In this document: positions 60,251-64,000 of the stretch, piece by piece
Layout of the letters: every line of letters starts with the position of its first letter
How positions within the stretch are numbered: the stretch's first letter is position 1
NCBI GenBank assembly: GCA_943349075.1
Contig: CALQYY010000001.1
Coordinates: 8,312 to 72,311 of the forward strand
From: Candidatus Magasanikiibacteriota bacterium
GTDB taxonomy: Bacteria; Patescibacteriota; Patescibacteriia; Magasanikbacterales; 2-02-FULL-50-9b
DNA length: 64,000 bases
Direction of reading: 5' to 3'
Notes under the pieces: model-generated
Told to the model about the DNA's origin: nothing
Databases searched by the model: none
The model's input: only the letters and a program-made list of their open reading frames with translations
Program-made: the position numbers and the translations under genes

Positions 60251-60943
60251 ATGGGTCACAAAGTACATCCAAAAATTTTCCGAATGGGCGAACTCTGGAC
60301 ATGGGATTCACGTTGGTTCCGTGCTAAAAATAAGTTTGCTGAAAGTCTTGAACTCGATCACGATATCCGTAAATACTTGAAAAAAGAATTGAAGGGTAGC
60401 GCTGTTGATGCAGTTAAGATTGAAATGAATCCTCGCGATGTAACGATTACGATTTTAACTGGTAAGCCAGGTATGATCATCGGTCGCGGAGGTGCTGGTA
60501 TCGAAGATCTTCGTAAGAAAGTTCAGAAAACATTTTTCAAGAATAATAAGGACAAGCAGATTCGCCTTAATGTGCAGGAACTTGCAAACCCAAGTCTTTC
60601 ATCGACAGTGGTTTCAGAGCAGATGGCACTTGATCTTGAAAAGCGTATGCCATTTCGTCGTGTGCTCAAGGGCACTATCGAACGTGCGCAGCGCGCAGGT
60701 GCACTTGGTATCAAAGTTGCGGTTTCTGGCCGTTTGAACGGTGCTGAAATTGCACGTCGCGAATGGTTGACATGGGGCAAAGTGCCACTTGCAACACTTC
60801 GTAGCGATATTGATTTCGCAATTGGTACTGCACACACCATCTATGGTGCGATTGGTATCAAGGTTTGGATCTATAAAGGGGAGCGCTTTGGTCGAAAGGA
60901 TCGCTTCGTTGATGATGCTAAAGAGAAATCTTTCACCAAATAA
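60251..60943 (+). CDS. rpsC: 30S ribosomal protein S3
   Basis: MGHKVHP, SGRLNGAEIAR, GIKVWI. Confidence 0.98.
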   Translation: MGHKVHPKIFRMGELWTWDSRWFRAKNKFAESLELDHDIRKYLKKELKGSAVDAVKIEMNPRDVTITILTGKPGMIIGRGGAGIEDLRKKVQKTFFKNNKDKQIRLNVQELANPSLSSTVVSEQMALDLEKRMPFRRVLKGTIERAQRAGALGIKVAVSGRLNGAEIARREWLTWGKVPLATLRSDIDFAIGTAHTIYGAIGIKVWIYKGERFGRKDRFVDDAKEKSFTK

Positions 60944-60953
60944 GTAAACCACT

Positions 60954-61370
60954 ATGTTAATTCCACGAAAGGTAAAACATCGCAAGTGGCACAAGGGTCG
61001 CCGTCGCAACACAGGTGTTGCAACGAGCAAAGTTACCGTAGCTTTTGGTACATTTGGTCTCAAAGCAACGTCATACGCATGGGTAACCTCACGCCAAATC
61101 GAATCAGTTCGTAAAGTGCTGACTCGCTACACAAAGAAGACTGGTAAGATCTGGATCCGTATTTTCCCAGATAAGCCAATTACACAGAAGGGTGCTCAAA
61201 CTCCGATGGGTAAAGGAAAGGGTTCAGTTGATCACTACGTTTGCATCATCAAGCCAGGAACAATCATGTTTGAGATGGACGGTATCACTGAAGCGCAGGC
61301 AAAAGAAGCTTTCGACCTCGCTGAGTTCAAGCTTCCAATGAAGACAACGTTAGTCAAACGTCACGTGTAA
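60954..61370 (+). CDS. rplP: 50S ribosomal protein L16
   Basis: IWIRIFPDKP, MGKGKG. Confidence 0.98.
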   Translation: MLIPRKVKHRKWHKGRRRNTGVATSKVTVAFGTFGLKATSYAWVTSRQIESVRKVLTRYTKKTGKIWIRIFPDKPITQKGAQTPMGKGKGSVDHYVCIIKPGTIMFEMDGITEAQAKEAFDLAEFKLPMKTTLVKRHV

Positions 61371-61374
61371 CACT

Positions 61375-61575
61375 ATGAAAGTAACAGAACTTCGCGACAA
61401 ATCAACAGAGCAGTTGACTCAGATGGCATCAGAGCTATCAGAGCAGCTTCGCGCGTTGAAAACAGCGCTTCGTACAAATAGCTACACACGCTCACACGAG
61501 CTCGGCGCAGCACGCAAATTGCGCGCTCAGGTATTGACTATTCTGAGTCAGAAGCGTACAATAACACGTTCGTAA
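61375..61575 (+). CDS. rpmC: 50S ribosomal protein L29
   Basis: ELRDKS..RKLRAQVLT; operon position. Confidence 0.9.
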   Translation: MKVTELRDKSTEQLTQMASELSEQLRALKTALRTNSYTRSHELGAARKLRAQVLTILSQKRTITRS

Positions 61576-61576
61576 T

Positions 61577-61819
61577 ATGGAAAAAGTAGCACACAAACGA
61601 ACCCACTCAGGGACTGTGATCTCAACTGCAATGCATAAAACCATTGTTGTTCAGGTTGACAGCATTAAAACCCACCCAAAGTACAATAAACAGTACACTC
61701 GATCAAAAAAATATCACGTACACGATGAGAAGGAAACTTCAAAAGTTGGAGACGTGGTAACTTTTGTAGACTGCCGCCCACTTTCTAAAACAAAGCGCTG
61801 GCGCGTCTTGACCGCATAA
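61577..61819 (+). CDS. rpsQ: 30S ribosomal protein S17
   Basis: [16 protein letters not shown]. Confidence 0.97.
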   Translation: MEKVAHKRTHSGTVISTAMHKTIVVQVDSIKTHPKYNKQYTRSKKYHVHDEKETSKVGDVVTFVDCRPLSKTKRWRVLTA

Positions 61820-61823
61820 TTCT

Positions 61824-62195
61824 ATGGTACAACATCGTTCAATGCTTAAGTCAGCAGACAATACAGGAGCAAAAAAGCTCTATGTTATTCGCGTGCTCGG
61901 AGGTTACCAGAAGCGTTATGCAACCATTGGTGACTTTGTTGTGTGCAGCGTTAAAATCGCTGAACCACACGGTCAGGTGAAAAAAGGTGACGTAGTAACT
62001 GCAGTTATCGTTCGTCAGCGCAAAGAAATGCGCCGCAGCGACGGTACCTACGTTCGTTTCGACGAAAATGCAGGCGTAATCATCGACAAAAAGACAAAAG
62101 AACCAAAAGGCTCACGTATCTTCGGTCCAGTTGCACGCGAACTTCGCAATATGGGCTACCAGAAGATTGTGTCGCTCGCACCTGAAGTTTTGTAA
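61824..62195 (+). CDS. rplN: 50S ribosomal protein L14
   Basis: [24 protein letters not shown]. Confidence 0.98.
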   Translation: MVQHRSMLKSADNTGAKKLYVIRVLGGYQKRYATIGDFVVCSVKIAEPHGQVKKGDVVTAVIVRQRKEMRRSDGTYVRFDENAGVIIDKKTKEPKGSRIFGPVARELRNMGYQKIVSLAPEVL

Positions 62196-62197
62196 AT

Positions 62198-62521
62198 ATG
62201 AAAAAGACACATCTTAAAATCAAAACTGGTGACACCGTTCAGGTGATGGCAGGTAAAGATAAAGGCAAGATCGGAAAGGTTTTGCAGATCTTTATCGAAC
62301 GCAATCGCGTGGTAGTAGAAGGTGCAAATTTCATGAAAAAGCACATCAAAGCTCGTGGTGGTAAGGATGCAAAGGGTCAAATCTTGCAGCTCTCAGCTCC
62401 AATGCATCTTTCAAATGTGATGCTCGTGGACCCATCAAACAGCAAACCAACTCGTGTAAAAATCGAGATGCAGGGCGACAAAAAGGTTCGAGTTTCTAAG
62501 AAATCTGGAACAGCTATCTAA
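62198..62521 (+). CDS. rplX: 50S ribosomal protein L24
   Basis: GDTVQVMAGKDKGK KOW motif. Confidence 0.97.
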   Translation: MKKTHLKIKTGDTVQVMAGKDKGKIGKVLQIFIERNRVVVEGANFMKKHIKARGGKDAKGQILQLSAPMHLSNVMLVDPSNSKPTRVKIEMQGDKKVRVSKKSGTAI

Positions 62522-62522
62522 T

Positions 62523-63071
62523 ATGAAGAGAATGCAAGAGGTCTACAAAACAGAAATTGCTCCAGTTCTTAAGAAGGAACTCGGAATTGACAACGTTAAT
62601 GCAATCCCAAAGGTTGTAAAGATTGTTGTTTCAGTTGGTGTTGGTAAATTGTCAAAAGACAGCAAAATGTTGGAGACAGTTGAAAGCACATTGACTCGTA
62701 TTACTGGCCAGAAGCCTGCTCAGACTCGCGCACGTGTTTCAATTTCAAACTTCAAACTTCGTGAAGGCATGGTTGTTGGTTACAAAGTGACACTTCGCGG
62801 CGCTCGCATGTGGGATTTCTTACAGAAACTCGTACACATCACATTCGCTCGCGTTCGTGATTTCCGTGGTATCTCAATCAAGCACATTGATGACAATGGT
62901 AACATCTCTATCGGTTTCAAAGATCAGCTTGCGTTTCCAGAAATTCGCAATGACGAGCTCGAAGCTGTACATGGAGTTGAAATTACTATACATTCAACTG
63001 CAGGTGATCGAAAGAGTGGGGAAGCGTTATTCCGCGCACTCGGGTTCCCATTTAAGGATGGTGTGAAATAA
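62523..63071 (+). CDS. rplE: 50S ribosomal protein L5
   Basis: ITGQKP, FKLREG, RVRDFRG. Confidence 0.98.
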   Translation: MKRMQEVYKTEIAPVLKKELGIDNVNAIPKVVKIVVSVGVGKLSKDSKMLETVESTLTRITGQKPAQTRARVSISNFKLREGMVVGYKVTLRGARMWDFLQKLVHITFARVRDFRGISIKHIDDNGNISIGFKDQLAFPEIRNDELEAVHGVEITIHSTAGDRKSGEALFRALGFPFKDGVK

Positions 63072-63075
63072 TTAT

Positions 63076-63261
63076 ATGGCAACAGAAGGACAGATTGCTC
63101 AAACTAAAAAAGCGCCAAAGTTTTCAAGCCGCAAAGTGAATCGTTGTTTTCGCTGCGGTCGAAAGCATGGCTACATGCGCCTCTTCAATCTCTGCCGTAT
63201 TTGTTTCCGCGAATTAGCGAACCGCGGTGAGATTCCAGGTGTTACCAAATCAAGCTGGTAA
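63076..63261 (+). CDS. rpsN: 30S ribosomal protein S14 (type Z, Zn-binding)
   Basis: [23 protein letters not shown]. Confidence 0.97.
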   Translation: MATEGQIAQTKKAPKFSSRKVNRCFRCGRKHGYMRLFNLCRICFRELANRGEIPGVTKSSW

Positions 63262-63266
63262 AAGAT

Positions 63267-63662
63267 ATGACTACAGATCCAATCGCAGACATGCTCACAA
63301 GAATCCGCAATGGCTACATGGCTCACAAGCATGAAGTATCTATTCCGTATTCAAAATTAAAAATGGCACTCATCGCAATTATTGCGGAAGAGGGCTTCGT
63401 TTCATCTGCTGAAAAAGTTGATGGTAAAGACGGATTCCCTGAAATCAAAGTTCGCTTGAAATATGCAGGTGGTCGACCAGCAGTTACTGAAATCACGCGT
63501 GTTTCACGCCCAGGTCTTCGCGTTTACAAAAAACGTGGTGAATTTCCTGTGGTACAGAGTGGTTACGGTATCGCAATTGTTTCAACTCCAAAGGGTTTGA
63601 TGACTAATCGTAAGGCTCGCATTAGCGGTCTTGGCGGTGAACTCATGTGCACCATCTGGTAA
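63267..63662 (+). CDS. rpsH: 30S ribosomal protein S8
   Basis: DPIADMLTRIRN, SRPGLRVY, STPKG. Confidence 0.98.
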   Translation: MTTDPIADMLTRIRNGYMAHKHEVSIPYSKLKMALIAIIAEEGFVSSAEKVDGKDGFPEIKVRLKYAGGRPAVTEITRVSRPGLRVYKKRGEFPVVQSGYGIAIVSTPKGLMTNRKARISGLGGELMCTIW

Positions 63663-63673
63663 TCTAGACTTCT

Positions 63674-64000
63674 ATGTCACGTATCGGTAAAAAACCAATT
63701 CAAATTCCTGCAGGTGTTGAGGTAACCGTTAAAGACCACACTGTTTCAGTGAAGGGTCCTAAAGGTTCATTAAGCACAACACTTCACGATCATGTTACCG
63801 CAACAAAAGAGGGTGATGTGCTCACTGTTACAATTGCAGACGAAAACGAAAAGAAAGACCGCTCACTTTGGGGACTTTCAGCAACACTCGTGAACAACAT
63901 GATTGTTGGTGTTACAAAAGGCTACGAGAAAAAACTTGAACTCGTTGGTGTTGGTTACCGCGCAGCAATGCAGGGTAAGGATATCAAGATTGAAGTTGGT
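63674..64000 (+). CDS. rplF: 50S ribosomal protein L6 (partial, runs off the window)
   Basis: translated by hand: MSRIGKKPIQIPAGVEV..VKGPKG..GVTKGYEKKLELVGVGYRA. Confidence 0.95.
   Translation, partial: MSRIGKKPIQIPAGVEVTVKDHTVSVKGPKGSLSTTLHDHVTATKEGDVLTVTIADENEKKDRSLWGLSATLVNNMIVGVTKGYEKKLELVGVGYRAAMQGKDIKIEVG

Overview
Chromosomal window from a bacterium that looks like Patescibacteria/CPR (Parcubacteria/ABY1-like). This is inferred from SD-less TATG gene starts, ribosomal-protein extensions and a lower-glycolysis-only cluster. The genetic code is standard (TGA is a stop). Core content: rpmE-prfA-rpsB-tsf; gap-pgk-SIMPL-eno-gpmI; manC-mltG-queA, tgt, a UvrD/PcrA helicase and ndk; a surface-glycan locus with a 2,6-dideoxy-aminosugar-type enzyme set (about 33.6-46.6 kb); and the str/S10/spc superoperon (rpsL to partial rplF). 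Four accessory signals stand out. (1) A class of GC-richer genes differs from the native genes: most carry a TTGAC -35, a strong (A)GGAGG Shine-Dalgarno, a TAG stop and a long hairpin terminator. Six lie in tandem at 46.7-50.7 kb and encode diverged single-domain NDP-hexose 2,3-dehydratase/Nudix-fold paralogs. (2) A three-gene 'split' sensory locus at 4.6-10.4 kb: an FNR-PAS-PAS protein and a CHASE protein lack output domains but end in the same M(I/V)DRELxMxxLKK helix, next to an orphan histidine kinase. (3) A divergent RelA/SpoT-fold protein lies beside ndk. (4) Several structured intergenic elements: two 130-138 nt inverted-repeat-bounded elements, a long tuf leader hairpin and an attenuator-like rpsJ-rplC spacer. 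No tRNA, rRNA, CRISPR array, integrase or transposase was recognised. All family calls are by-eye motif recognition, not database searches.
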